Part shown: piece by piece, positions 19,637 to 28,602 of the stretch
Position numbering within the stretch: the first letter of the stretch is position 1
How the letters are laid out: every line of letters begins with the position of its first letter
Virus record (IMG/VR): IMGVR_UViG_3300014613_000021
Span: 24,407-88,406 of that record
DNA from: a virus
Lineage: Duplodnaviria; Caudoviricetes
DNA: 64,000 nt
Direction: 5' to 3' (one strand)
Position numbers and translations under genes: made by a program
The notes under the pieces: generated by a model
Databases searched by the model: none
What the model saw: only the letters and a program-made list of their open reading frames with translations
What the model was told of the DNA's origin: nothing

Positions 19637-19644
19637 CAAAGATA
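19637..19644 (-). promoter_or_regulatory. Bacteroidota-type sigma70 -7 element TATCTTTG
   Basis: Exact match to TAnnTTTG in intergenic DNA. Confidence 0.6.
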
Positions 19645-19663
19645 CAAAATATTTAGGAACAAA

Positions 19664-19838
19664 GGTGAACTACCCACCCACGCCAGAGGCGATGGGTTTG
19701 GCTTCGGAAGTATGTGCAAATATACAAAAGTTTAAAGAAGAAACAATATTTATTTAAAATAATCATTAGCTTTGTATTGGGTCGCTTACATCCCCATAGC
19801 CTAAAGGCGTAGGGGTTTACGCTCAATTAGGTGAACTA
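19664..19838 (+). mobile_element. IS200/IS605-family non-autonomous remnant (both ends, no tnpA/tnpB)
   Basis: Left-end-like GTGAACTACCCACCCACGCCAGAGGCGATGGG hairpin; right-end-like GCTTACATCCCCATAGCCTAAAGGCGTAGGGGTTTACGC hairpin; GGTGAACTA at both 19664 and 19830. Confidence 0.65.
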
Positions 19839-19870
19839 AAAAAATTAAATTACAAAGAATAAGAAGTTAA

Positions 19871-20032
19871 TTATTTAGATGGGTAAGAATAAGAATTAAA
19901 TCGCTTATCTTGCGGATTGCCAAGACGTAAGTAATTGATGACCGTTTCTAATCTTATATTCTCCTTCTCTAATTCTTTTATTTTTTCTTTAAGTTCGATA
20001 ATTTTCAATTCAAGAATTTCAAATTTATCCAT
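19871..20032 (-). CDS. small coiled-coil protein (53 aa, not in ORF track)
   Basis: Hand translation MDKFEILELKIIELKEKIKELEKENIRLETVINYLRLGNPQDKRFNSYSYPSK; heptad pattern; follows the barrel gene. Confidence 0.55.
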   Translation of the reverse strand: MDKFEILELKIIELKEKIKELEKENIRLETVINYLRLGNPQDKRFNSYSYPSK

Positions 20033-20040
20033 ATATTGTT

Positions 20041-20751
20041 TTATCTATCAATTGAATACGCCAATCTCAATGACCAATTTTGATTAAGTTTTTCAATATT
20101 GGGATTTGGATATTTATTCCAATATTCAACAGAATAAACACATTTTATTAACAGTTTTTTCAACAAATTGCAAGTAATTTGAAAATCACAATCAATATCG
20201 TAATCAGAGAAATCGTAAATATTTGGTTTGTAAAAGAAAATCAACTCGGCGAAAATCCTGTCTGAAATATTTTGTTTCAACTTCGGTCGGATAGATAACC
20301 GTATTCTGTTCTGTTCATCAATATCTGAAACAAAAACAGTCTTTTCATATAAAATAGCTGCACTAATAGAATATTTTGCCCTTTGCCTTTTTAGGAATAA
20401 ATATTTTAGTCCAAATAAACCATAATTTTTACTCTTAATATCCTTTATTTCATTAACCCTATACTGGTATAATACAAACGGACTTAAGGTTGATTGTGGC
20501 TTGTAATCAACCTGAAAATATATCTTTAAATCTCTATTTGTTACCCTATTCTCATTTTCTGAATATAGAAATTCACACCCCGTTGAATATTCAAATAACG
20601 AATCCTTTCTTATAACCTCAAATAAACTGTTTAAATTCAAGTTTTGTATCTGTCCTAATGACAATCTACCTCCGGTTTCAAAACTTAGTTTAAATTGAGA
20701 AAAACAAGGTATAAAGGAAAATAGCAATATAGATAAGAAAACAAACCTCAT
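20041..20751 (-). CDS. outer-membrane beta-barrel protein (DUF481/YdiY-like) with signal peptide
   Basis: MRFVFLSILLFSFIPCFS|Q signal peptide; alternating amphipathic strands; C-terminal LRLAYSI. Confidence 0.65.
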   Translation of the reverse strand: MRFVFLSILLFSFIPCFSQFKLSFETGGRLSLGQIQNLNLNSLFEVIRKDSLFEYSTGCEFLYSENENRVTNRDLKIYFQVDYKPQSTLSPFVLYQYRVNEIKDIKSKNYGLFGLKYLFLKRQRAKYSISAAILYEKTVFVSDIDEQNRIRLSIRPKLKQNISDRIFAELIFFYKPNIYDFSDYDIDCDFQITCNLLKKLLIKCVYSVEYWNKYPNPNIEKLNQNWSLRLAYSIDR

Positions 20752-21299
20752 TAATCCCAGTCAAAAATAATACTTATTTCATCTTCTGTTGAAAGGGTTT
20801 CTCCATAATGTTCTTCCAGATAGTCAAGTGATCTTTGTTCATCAATAACATCTGTTTCTAACGCTCTCTTTATCCAAAGGCCGACATACTTTCCGGCTAA
20901 AATATTTCCAAGAAGTTTCTTGTTTACAACCCCGTCAGCTTCATAAAATGTAGCATAATAAGGTAATGCTTTTCCACTTGCAATTTCCTCCATATAATAG
21001 CCGCCATCACCGTCTTCCATTAATTCAACAGCGGCAAATTCAAGTTTAGAAAAGCATCCGTCCGGATAATCAAAATAAATATAAACATTAGAAAGCATTG
21101 AAACAGCCTCATTCTTTATGACAATCCCGATAATATCAAATCCGCCTCTGGATTCAGTAAGCAAACTTATGTCTCCAAAAAGATTATTTACTAAAGCATT
21201 TGGAATAGGTATTGAAGAAACATAACCACCTAAAGAATATTCTTTTTTCGGTTGTGATTCAAGATAAGACTTACCTCCGGTATAATAAAGTTTAATCAT
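20751..21299 (-). CDS. tail-module structural protein
   Basis: 182 aa, SLGGYVSS...NNLFGDIS pattern; end of tail operon. Confidence 0.55.
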   Translation of the reverse strand: MIKLYYTGGKSYLESQPKKEYSLGGYVSSIPIPNALVNNLFGDISLLTESRGGFDIIGIVIKNEAVSMLSNVYIYFDYPDGCFSKLEFAAVELMEDGDGGYYMEEIASGKALPYYATFYEADGVVNKKLLGNILAGKYVGLWIKRALETDVIDEQRSLDYLEEHYGETLSTEDEISIIFDWD

Positions 21300-21301
21300 A
21301 A

Positions 21302-21739
21302 CTAACTAAGTTTACCTCCTACAACAATTATTAAAGTAGCATACTCTCCGGCAGCTAACCCCGCTATCTCTGAAATAAGTATCTCTTTGTCAAAATCACT
21401 TATGTTTGCCAACTGAAACTGACTTCCCTTAAACACTTCAACAGCATCAAAAGAAACCGTGAATTTTATAGGATCAGGTGTTACACTCGTTGACGTTTCC
21501 CTTTTGTAACAAAGTACATGAATAAAGGTTGCGTTTGCTTTTGTTATGCTTACATGATCAAAAATATTAATCGAATAAGTTGCAGACAAAGTGTAACTTA
21601 CTGAAAATATTTTTCTGTCAACAGCGTCTATTTGAAAGTCAGAAGACTCATCTCCTTCAATGAGATTGTTTACAAGAAATTGATTTTCTAAAGAACCTTC
21701 TTGTTCTTCTGTTAATGTGGTTTGAATTTTTAAACTCAT
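21302..21739 (-). CDS. hypothetical tail-module protein
   Basis: 145-aa beta-rich ORF in tail operon. Confidence 0.55.
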   Translation of the reverse strand: MSLKIQTTLTEEQEGSLENQFLVNNLIEGDESSDFQIDAVDRKIFSVSYTLSATYSINIFDHVSITKANATFIHVLCYKRETSTSVTPDPIKFTVSFDAVEVFKGSQFQLANISDFDKEILISEIAGLAAGEYATLIIVVGGKLS

Positions 21740-21753
21740 GTCTTATTGTGTTT

Positions 21754-24537
21754 TTAACCTTCGTACATAACTGTCAACCATCCACGGTTAGGAGGTGTTC
21801 CTGGGGGTGTTACATAAGTTCCCCAAGAACCCCCTGAATTTCTTATCAAAACAACCCTATTCCCAATAGATTGAAGAGAGCTTATTCCAAAATAACTTGA
21901 ACCATCTGAAATTACAGAAGGTGTCATTAAAAAATTAGCGGCGAAATCATCCCATATTTGAACGCCAATAATTCTGCTTTTTAAAACATCAATAGGGTTA
22001 CCTTCGGCATCGTTTCCAAGTGGAACATCATGTGTTGCATCATTTAATAAATCCCAGTCTCCAATAGTAACAACTTTCGTTTTAAGTCCTACATTGCCTG
22101 TAATAACTTCTTCTTCTGCTACATAAATAGCATCTGGAACGTGAATATTACCTAAAACATTTGATTCCTGAATAATTGTTTCACCTCCAACATTACCAAC
22201 CGGAAGATCATTATAATATAAATCCCATCCTGTTTCATATCCTTTGTATCCAAAATCAATTAATTGTAATCCAAAACCAGTTAAATCAGTATTAAAATAA
22301 ACCTCAATATACTGAGCTTGTGAATCGGGGTTTCCAAGTCCATCGTCAATATAAACAAGTCTTACTTTATCCCATCTCGTTGACCCTGTAAACATATTTC
22401 TATCCAAAGTAAATCCACCATAAGCGTCAGACCAAAATGAATCAACCCTTATTGTTAAGTAATCTGGAGCGTAAACGCCTCCCGCAATATAAAGGTTAAT
22501 AATTGCCTGCCCCCGTCCAGAACCAAGAATATTTTTCGCAACTCTTCTCCAAACACCCGCTCCATTTGTATTCGCTGAATATTGTTGCTTCGTTATTTCA
22601 TTAGTTGAGTTTAATATCCAGTCAGTTGCATCAAAAATACACTTTACAAAGTATCCGGCAGGAGAATAACTAACAAAACTGTCAATTTCTTCTGTATATT
22701 CTCTTAGTAAAACATAACTTGATGGACTGACATAATCTGTAACAATCTTTATAGTACATCCGTTAAAATCAGCTATTGCCTGATTAAAATGAAGTATAAA
22801 GTTGTTTCCGTTAATGCAAGAATCACCGTCTACATTTGTTTTCTTTATATTAATGTACATGTCAGAAGAAAGGGTTATCCCATTTCCTTTAATCACTTGA
22901 TACTGATAACTACTTCCTACTGTCAAATGAACAACAGAAACGGCAGGATCAAGCATTAATTCCTGAACACCAAATAAATCACCTGTTTCAAGACCGGCTA
23001 ATCTGTTATAATAACTTCTTGAACTCGGTATTAATTCAATATAACCGTCATCCAGATCAGGTAAAGCTGAAGGTTCATAGGTTTTTCTGTTTCTGTCAAG
23101 TGGATTGAGATTCAGTACACCATTCTCATCATAAGAAGTTTCATCATAGTAACCTGAAATTATATCATCCGGTAAAACTGTCCACTCAGTGTATTCCCTG
23201 AATTTCTTATAACGATATTTGATATTATACTTATAAACAACAGAAGCTGAAGGAACAAGTAAAAATAACTTTCCAAACGCTTTATTTATCGGAAAAGTAA
23301 ATACGTTATCTATCTGCTCAATCTCTGTATCTGCCTCATCGTACCAAGCCTGTATTTGAATTTCTTCAACATCCGGAACAATTATTATTTCATCTACTGA
23401 TTCTTCATAATCGTCTATGTCTAATGAATCAACTGTAATTAATAAAGAACCTCCAGATTTTATGCTTGAAATAACTGTTTTCCAACTTCCATTTTTAGCA
23501 TAAAGCCTCCAACCGTTAAAATCTCCATCCGTAAAATTTATAAATCCATCAGCGTCTTTATACCTTCCGTTATCACAGTTTGTTATTGTAAATTTTCTTA
23601 ATTCAGGGGAATAACTCCAATCAAAGGTTCTTATCCCCCATCCTATCATTACCTGATTTTTTACTCTGGGGGAAAATGGATTATCATATTTTACACTTTC
23701 AATACCGATAACTGAGTTTACTGTTGTTTTATCTATATACCATAAATCATAACCAACCTTTGTTCTCCAAAAGTCAGTTCTTTTGTCATGTATTGTAATA
23801 ACTCCAGAATCATTTTTTACTCTTGCAATATAAAATTCTTCATCAGTTAAAGTTATTGTCGGAGGAACATTTGGTGTTAAGGGGTCTTCTGCAACTAATC
23901 CACCAGCCGCAACCGTAAAAGCAATACAACTGTCATATTGAAATATTTCTTTTTCATCAGAAATAGGAACCGCATCAGGAGAAAATGTGCCAATAACTGA
24001 ATATTCCAAATCAGTTTCAGCCTGAAAAACACCTGAAAGAACAACATTATTGTCGTCTATTACCTCAACAACATCATATTCTAAAATGTTAAGTGTAGAA
24101 CCGTAAAACTTAATTCTTGCCGGAAAATTAGGCTGACCTCTCAAAACGTCCTCAAAAGCTGTTCCTGTTCCAGTTAAATTCCCGTTCGCATCAATAGAAA
24201 CTGTTCCGGTTTCTTTAGGTGAATATTCGTGTTTTATTTTAATCCAATACCAATCCCCTCCTGCCGGAATTGCTATATCAGATTGTGGGTTTTTTACAAT
24301 AATTAAACCATTCTTGTCAATAGCATAAGAAGTATTAACTATCTTAACTTCACCAGAACCAGAAGTTTCAACTTTAAAATTATTTAAAACTGAATCATCT
24401 TTTGTTTTGATAATTCCAAAACTAAAAGAATTATCAAGCAAACTTTTTCTGTATCCCTCATCAACGATAAATTGAATCAGTCTATTAAGTTCCTGTTTTT
24501 CAAGAAAACAATCCGTACTAAATTTCAAATATGACAT
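21754..24537 (-). CDS. large baseplate/tail-fibre-associated protein
   Basis: 927 aa, beta-rich and acidic, downstream of baseplate J; no signal peptide. Confidence 0.6.
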   Translation of the reverse strand: MSYLKFSTDCFLEKQELNRLIQFIVDEGYRKSLLDNSFSFGIIKTKDDSVLNNFKVETSGSGEVKIVNTSYAIDKNGLIIVKNPQSDIAIPAGGDWYWIKIKHEYSPKETGTVSIDANGNLTGTGTAFEDVLRGQPNFPARIKFYGSTLNILEYDVVEVIDDNNVVLSGVFQAETDLEYSVIGTFSPDAVPISDEKEIFQYDSCIAFTVAAGGLVAEDPLTPNVPPTITLTDEEFYIARVKNDSGVITIHDKRTDFWRTKVGYDLWYIDKTTVNSVIGIESVKYDNPFSPRVKNQVMIGWGIRTFDWSYSPELRKFTITNCDNGRYKDADGFINFTDGDFNGWRLYAKNGSWKTVISSIKSGGSLLITVDSLDIDDYEESVDEIIIVPDVEEIQIQAWYDEADTEIEQIDNVFTFPINKAFGKLFLLVPSASVVYKYNIKYRYKKFREYTEWTVLPDDIISGYYDETSYDENGVLNLNPLDRNRKTYEPSALPDLDDGYIELIPSSRSYYNRLAGLETGDLFGVQELMLDPAVSVVHLTVGSSYQYQVIKGNGITLSSDMYINIKKTNVDGDSCINGNNFILHFNQAIADFNGCTIKIVTDYVSPSSYVLLREYTEEIDSFVSYSPAGYFVKCIFDATDWILNSTNEITKQQYSANTNGAGVWRRVAKNILGSGRGQAIINLYIAGGVYAPDYLTIRVDSFWSDAYGGFTLDRNMFTGSTRWDKVRLVYIDDGLGNPDSQAQYIEVYFNTDLTGFGLQLIDFGYKGYETGWDLYYNDLPVGNVGGETIIQESNVLGNIHVPDAIYVAEEEVITGNVGLKTKVVTIGDWDLLNDATHDVPLGNDAEGNPIDVLKSRIIGVQIWDDFAANFLMTPSVISDGSSYFGISSLQSIGNRVVLIRNSGGSWGTYVTPPGTPPNRGWLTVMYEG

Positions 24538-24538
24538 A

Positions 24539-26158
24539 TCAAATGAATTTATTTTTTATTGTTGAATTATACGGTATCAAATATTCTCTTATTATCTGTT
24601 CCACCTGATCATCTGAATATTTTCCACTATTATTTTTTAACCATGTCAAAATTAAATTTTTTACACCTAAAAACCCAAAAGATTGATCAGTAACCAATGG
24701 TCTCACTTTAAAATCCCATACTTTAATTGTACTTGAAAAAGCCTCTGAATTATTATTAAGTATCAAAACAGGAACAATATAACATGGATTTACAGAACCA
24801 AACTTTAAGTGCTCTCCATACCCTATATTTAATGTCCCTTCTAATGACGGTAACAATGATTTATCTTTATTAAAAATGACACCCCTTATAAAATACCATG
24901 TATCAACTATGTTTAACTGTATTCTATTAAAAAACAACCCTACTCCAACTTCTAATGCTCCTGTAACCGCATTATACAAACTTATCATATTATCATTTAT
25001 ATCATAAGCTGCAACAGCAAAAGATATATTCTGAACAAGAGTTTCTTGTTTTACCAAAAATGTTATTTCATAATCAACTGTATTATCAACCTTTATTTTT
25101 TTACTTAAATCACTTCCATCTGGAAAAATACCGGACTGTTCATTTAAAGGAACCCCTGTTATTTGTAAAACATCCCTGCCTCCATCTGTTACAATAGAAC
25201 AATAAGAATCATTATTTAAAGGATAGTTGTTTAAATCAACAAAATCCTGTGTATTCTCATAACCCTTTATAACATTAAACATATTTTTTATTCCTCTGTA
25301 CATCGGGGAGGAACTTCCAATATTAAACCCTATCTTCCAGGGTTCAACTAAAGAAAAAATAAATTCATCACATTCTTTTTTACAAAGAAGTCTCAATAAT
25401 TCACCGCTAACTTGTCTTCCACTATCCTCACTTGAAACAGCAACTTGTAATGTCCCCCTAAACCTAAACTCATTATAAAGGTTATTAACCAAATAAATCA
25501 AATCTTCTTGTTCAATTGAATCACATACAAACAAACCCTTATTCCTTACATATTCTGTTAATAATTGTTGATTTCCTGTAAAATTTTCAAATTGTCTTAC
25601 ATAATTTACAAATAATGAAAAATAACAAGTTATTGATCTCCAAAAATTCAAATAATCTTTGTCTTCCCAATTGAAATTATTATTTTCCCCCCTTATAATA
25701 TATTCAGGAACAATACCAGGTTTGTAAATTTTTTCAAGAACATTTATGCACCAATTAAGAACATCTATTGAAGCACATGAAAAAAATTGAGCAAAAATAC
25801 TGTTATTATAAACAGCAGGACATTCAGAACTTACATACTGTCCTTGCAAAGTTATATCGTCAAACTCTAATTCACCTGAATGATCAGTACCAGACCTTAT
25901 ATATCTATATTCAACAAAAAAGGCAAATGTAGGTTCTGTTTGAACCGCTGATACATTTGCTGTTGTTAATTCAATCCATGCAGACCAGTTTATTGCATCA
26001 ACTTTATACCGAAATTCTTTATAAAAATACCTCGTAGCAGTTTCACCAACAACAGTGTCAATAAAATCACTAAGCAAAAGTAACCCAATCAAGGGAACCT
26101 CTACTTGAATAACTAAAACATCACCAATCTCAGTTGTTCTATTTTCTATTACTGCCAT
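24539..26158 (-). CDS. baseplate wedge/tail structural protein
   Basis: 539 aa; position in baseplate operon. Confidence 0.55.
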   Translation of the reverse strand: MAVIENRTTEIGDVLVIQVEVPLIGLLLLSDFIDTVVGETATRYFYKEFRYKVDAINWSAWIELTTANVSAVQTEPTFAFFVEYRYIRSGTDHSGELEFDDITLQGQYVSSECPAVYNNSIFAQFFSCASIDVLNWCINVLEKIYKPGIVPEYIIRGENNNFNWEDKDYLNFWRSITCYFSLFVNYVRQFENFTGNQQLLTEYVRNKGLFVCDSIEQEDLIYLVNNLYNEFRFRGTLQVAVSSEDSGRQVSGELLRLLCKKECDEFIFSLVEPWKIGFNIGSSSPMYRGIKNMFNVIKGYENTQDFVDLNNYPLNNDSYCSIVTDGGRDVLQITGVPLNEQSGIFPDGSDLSKKIKVDNTVDYEITFLVKQETLVQNISFAVAAYDINDNMISLYNAVTGALEVGVGLFFNRIQLNIVDTWYFIRGVIFNKDKSLLPSLEGTLNIGYGEHLKFGSVNPCYIVPVLILNNNSEAFSSTIKVWDFKVRPLVTDQSFGFLGVKNLILTWLKNNSGKYSDDQVEQIIREYLIPYNSTIKNKFI

Positions 26159-27399
26159 TAATTTACAGACTGTGAAACTTCATAAAAATAATTGCCTCTA
26201 CGTTGTAATATTATAATATCATCAGGAGTATAAGCAAAGGTATTACTTATCTTCAAATTTTTACCTTTTACAAGTCCATTGGTTGCTTTTGTTCCGGTAA
26301 ACTCAATATAAATCAATGCCCAATCTGGAACAGTAGACGCAATATCAATGCTATCTATATCTGCTGTTCCTGAAATAACAAAATTATTATATAAACCTAA
26401 TGTTACTGTTGCTGCGCTCGCAACTGTATCACAATCAATTGATGTTATTACTTTATTACATTGAAACAAACCTGATGTCCACAAATTTCCCGTAATCTTT
26501 GTCGTGTCTTCTGTAATATTAAAAAGGGTTGAGCTTGAATAATCAAAAATAAGTCCCGTCTTAAATACCATTGAGTTCTGTTGAACCCTATACTGATTAA
26601 TACCAGAACAAATAAATTCAATAGTATTACTTACAGAACCACCAATTCCTGTTGTAGAACTTGAACGATAAGGTATTAGAGAAGGAACCGTAGATGATGC
26701 CCCAGTTTCCAACAATTCAATTCCATCATTAGCATTAGAAAATATTTTTGTAGGAGTTAAATACCAGGACTTAACATCATTTAAGTAAAACAGTAACGTA
26801 TCGTCAGTTAAATTAGTTATCCATTCATCATCTCCAAAATGAATACCATAAGTTGATTTATCTCCAACAGGAACAAATAAATTAGCTGTTGTCATTAAAA
26901 CACCCTTTCCCTTAATGGTATCTTCTGTTAGTGTTAATAAAGTGGATCGGGGATTGATAATATATGATCCGTTTTTCCCTGAAAGAGTGTCAAATGATAT
27001 ATTGTGAACATTATCTAAACTATCTTGAATATCAGCATTCTTTAAAAACGTAACATCAATCCAATTATGAGTTAAAGAAGTATCGTAGAGTGTAATGTAG
27101 TTGCCGGTCGAATCAGAAAATTCCATAAAATAAGTGTTAATCCAATTGTGGGTTAATGTAGTGTCATAAGGGGTAATATAAACCCCTATTGAATCTTCAA
27201 TATCAATATATCCAACTAATGAATCTATTTTAACTTTACCAGTTGAAATAAATTTAACAGTATCACCTATTTGTATTTGAAGTGTATCTGAACCATGATA
27301 AATAGTTACTGTACTATCAACACACACAACCCTATAAGTTTGACTTATTGCAAAAAATGAAACCAAACTAAACAAAATAGAAAATAAAATCTTTTTCAT
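26158..27399 (-). CDS. tail-fibre-like protein with Sec signal peptide, rich in O-glycosylation sequons
   Basis: MKKILFSILFSLVSFFAIS|Q; 14 D(S/T)(A/I/L/V/M/T) sequons by hand count; fibre-type C-terminus (ASAATVTL...ISGTADI...YFYEVSQS); start moved from 27411 to 27399. Confidence 0.7.
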   Translation of the reverse strand: MKKILFSILFSLVSFFAISQTYRVVCVDSTVTIYHGSDTLQIQIGDTVKFISTGKVKIDSLVGYIDIEDSIGVYITPYDTTLTHNWINTYFMEFSDSTGNYITLYDTSLTHNWIDVTFLKNADIQDSLDNVHNISFDTLSGKNGSYIINPRSTLLTLTEDTIKGKGVLMTTANLFVPVGDKSTYGIHFGDDEWITNLTDDTLLFYLNDVKSWYLTPTKIFSNANDGIELLETGASSTVPSLIPYRSSSTTGIGGSVSNTIEFICSGINQYRVQQNSMVFKTGLIFDYSSSTLFNITEDTTKITGNLWTSGLFQCNKVITSIDCDTVASAATVTLGLYNNFVISGTADIDSIDIASTVPDWALIYIEFTGTKATNGLVKGKNLKISNTFAYTPDDIIILQRRGNYFYEVSQSVN

Positions 27400-27400
27400 A

Positions 27401-28303
27401 TTATTCAACATTTGAGTCTCTTAAAATAATATCAACCAATTCAGTAACATTAGCGTTTTTTGAAAGACAATTTGTTCTTGCGTCATAAACAACAACATTT
27501 TGTGAAGTTGCTGCATAAACATCTTCGGCAGAAGCATGGGTTTTAATCATTGTAACCCCGTCAAGAACTAATTTACCGCCACCTTTCTCAATACAATGAC
27601 TGTTTGCAGAATTTACTTCATTATAAATTTTACTATTAATTATGTCAATTTTTCCCCCTGAAACTTCGATTAATGATTCATCGTCTGCTTTTCTTACTAT
27701 TTCACACCCGGACAACCTTAAATAACCATTTGAAACTGACATCCCGCTTTTTACTCCGGATGTTTTTTCAATATAAAAGTCACCAAGAAAACGTAAATCA
27801 GCAGAAGCATGACTTATATTCACTATATAACCAGCAAGGGTATTTTTTATTATACATCTTCCCGTAAATACAGAAACTATTGCAGTAGATGCTAAAAACA
27901 TTGCCGTAGTTGAAGAAGTATTGTTTATTATAACACCATTCTCAAAATGATAATTAACCCCGTCCTTTAAAATATCGGCTTCATTAAATATGCCATCCAA
28001 AACCCAAATTAAATCCCCTGAAACAGCAGCAGTAACAGCAGCACGTAAGGATGAATAAGATAAAACAATATTTCCTTTAACAGCCGTTCCATCATTGCCA
28101 ACAGATTGAGAAACAAATAAAACCTTATCGCTTACAATAAATGAACTTGTTATTGTACTTCTTAATAACTCCCATGTACTTGACCCGAAATTATAATAAT
28201 ACCATTCATTATCCGTTGTTTTATACCACAACAACTCCGTATTTGTCGGATTTGTTGACCCTCTATAAAAAGATGATATTTGTCCTAAATTAGTTGTTGG
28301 CAT
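27401..28303 (-). CDS. right-handed beta-helix (pectin-lyase fold) tailspike-like protein
   Basis: LFVSQSVGND...SLRAAVTAAVSGDLIWVLDGIFNE cap followed by beta-helix rungs; no signal peptide. Confidence 0.65.
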   Translation of the reverse strand: MPTTNLGQISSFYRGSTNPTNTELLWYKTTDNEWYYYNFGSSTWELLRSTITSSFIVSDKVLFVSQSVGNDGTAVKGNIVLSYSSLRAAVTAAVSGDLIWVLDGIFNEADILKDGVNYHFENGVIINNTSSTTAMFLASTAIVSVFTGRCIIKNTLAGYIVNISHASADLRFLGDFYIEKTSGVKSGMSVSNGYLRLSGCEIVRKADDESLIEVSGGKIDIINSKIYNEVNSANSHCIEKGGGKLVLDGVTMIKTHASAEDVYAATSQNVVVYDARTNCLSKNANVTELVDIILRDSNVE

Positions 28304-28305
28304 GA

Positions 28306-28599
28306 CTAAATTGTATATTGTAATTGACCAGTTAAAATATCTATTCCATAACTTAAAGCATCACTTGCTTGTATTACCAAATCACCGTCTGAATTTACAT
28401 AAAAAACAGGAGGTGTAGATGTTTTGTTTATTCCACCTTCACCCTCAACAAATGAAATACCACCAACTAACTGAACTAATTGAGAAATAAAGGCAGAGGT
28501 AACGACAGGAGGAGGTTGATTATAAAAAGTATAAATTTCTATATCTGTCCCTATTACTGTTACATCAGTGCTTGTCGATATTATTTGAGTTTGTGGCAT
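28306..28599 (-). CDS. small tail-module protein
   Basis: 97 aa, FYVNSDGDLVI fibre-type motif. Confidence 0.5.
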   Translation of the reverse strand: MPQTQIISTSTDVTVIGTDIEIYTFYNQPPPVVTSAFISQLVQLVGGISFVEGEGGINKTSTPPVFYVNSDGDLVIQASDALSYGIDILTGQLQYTI

Positions 28600-28602
28600 T
28601 TA

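Noticed and set aside
19487-20040. tRNA or SRP/6S RNA in the largest intergenic gap
   Set aside because: No cloverleaf, T-loop consensus or SRP GGAA-loop motif recognised; reported instead as an unknown hairpin and an IS remnant
26158-27399. T9SS secretion of the exported fibres
   Set aside because: Neither protein ends in a recognisable T9SS C-terminal domain; both end in fibre-tip-like domains
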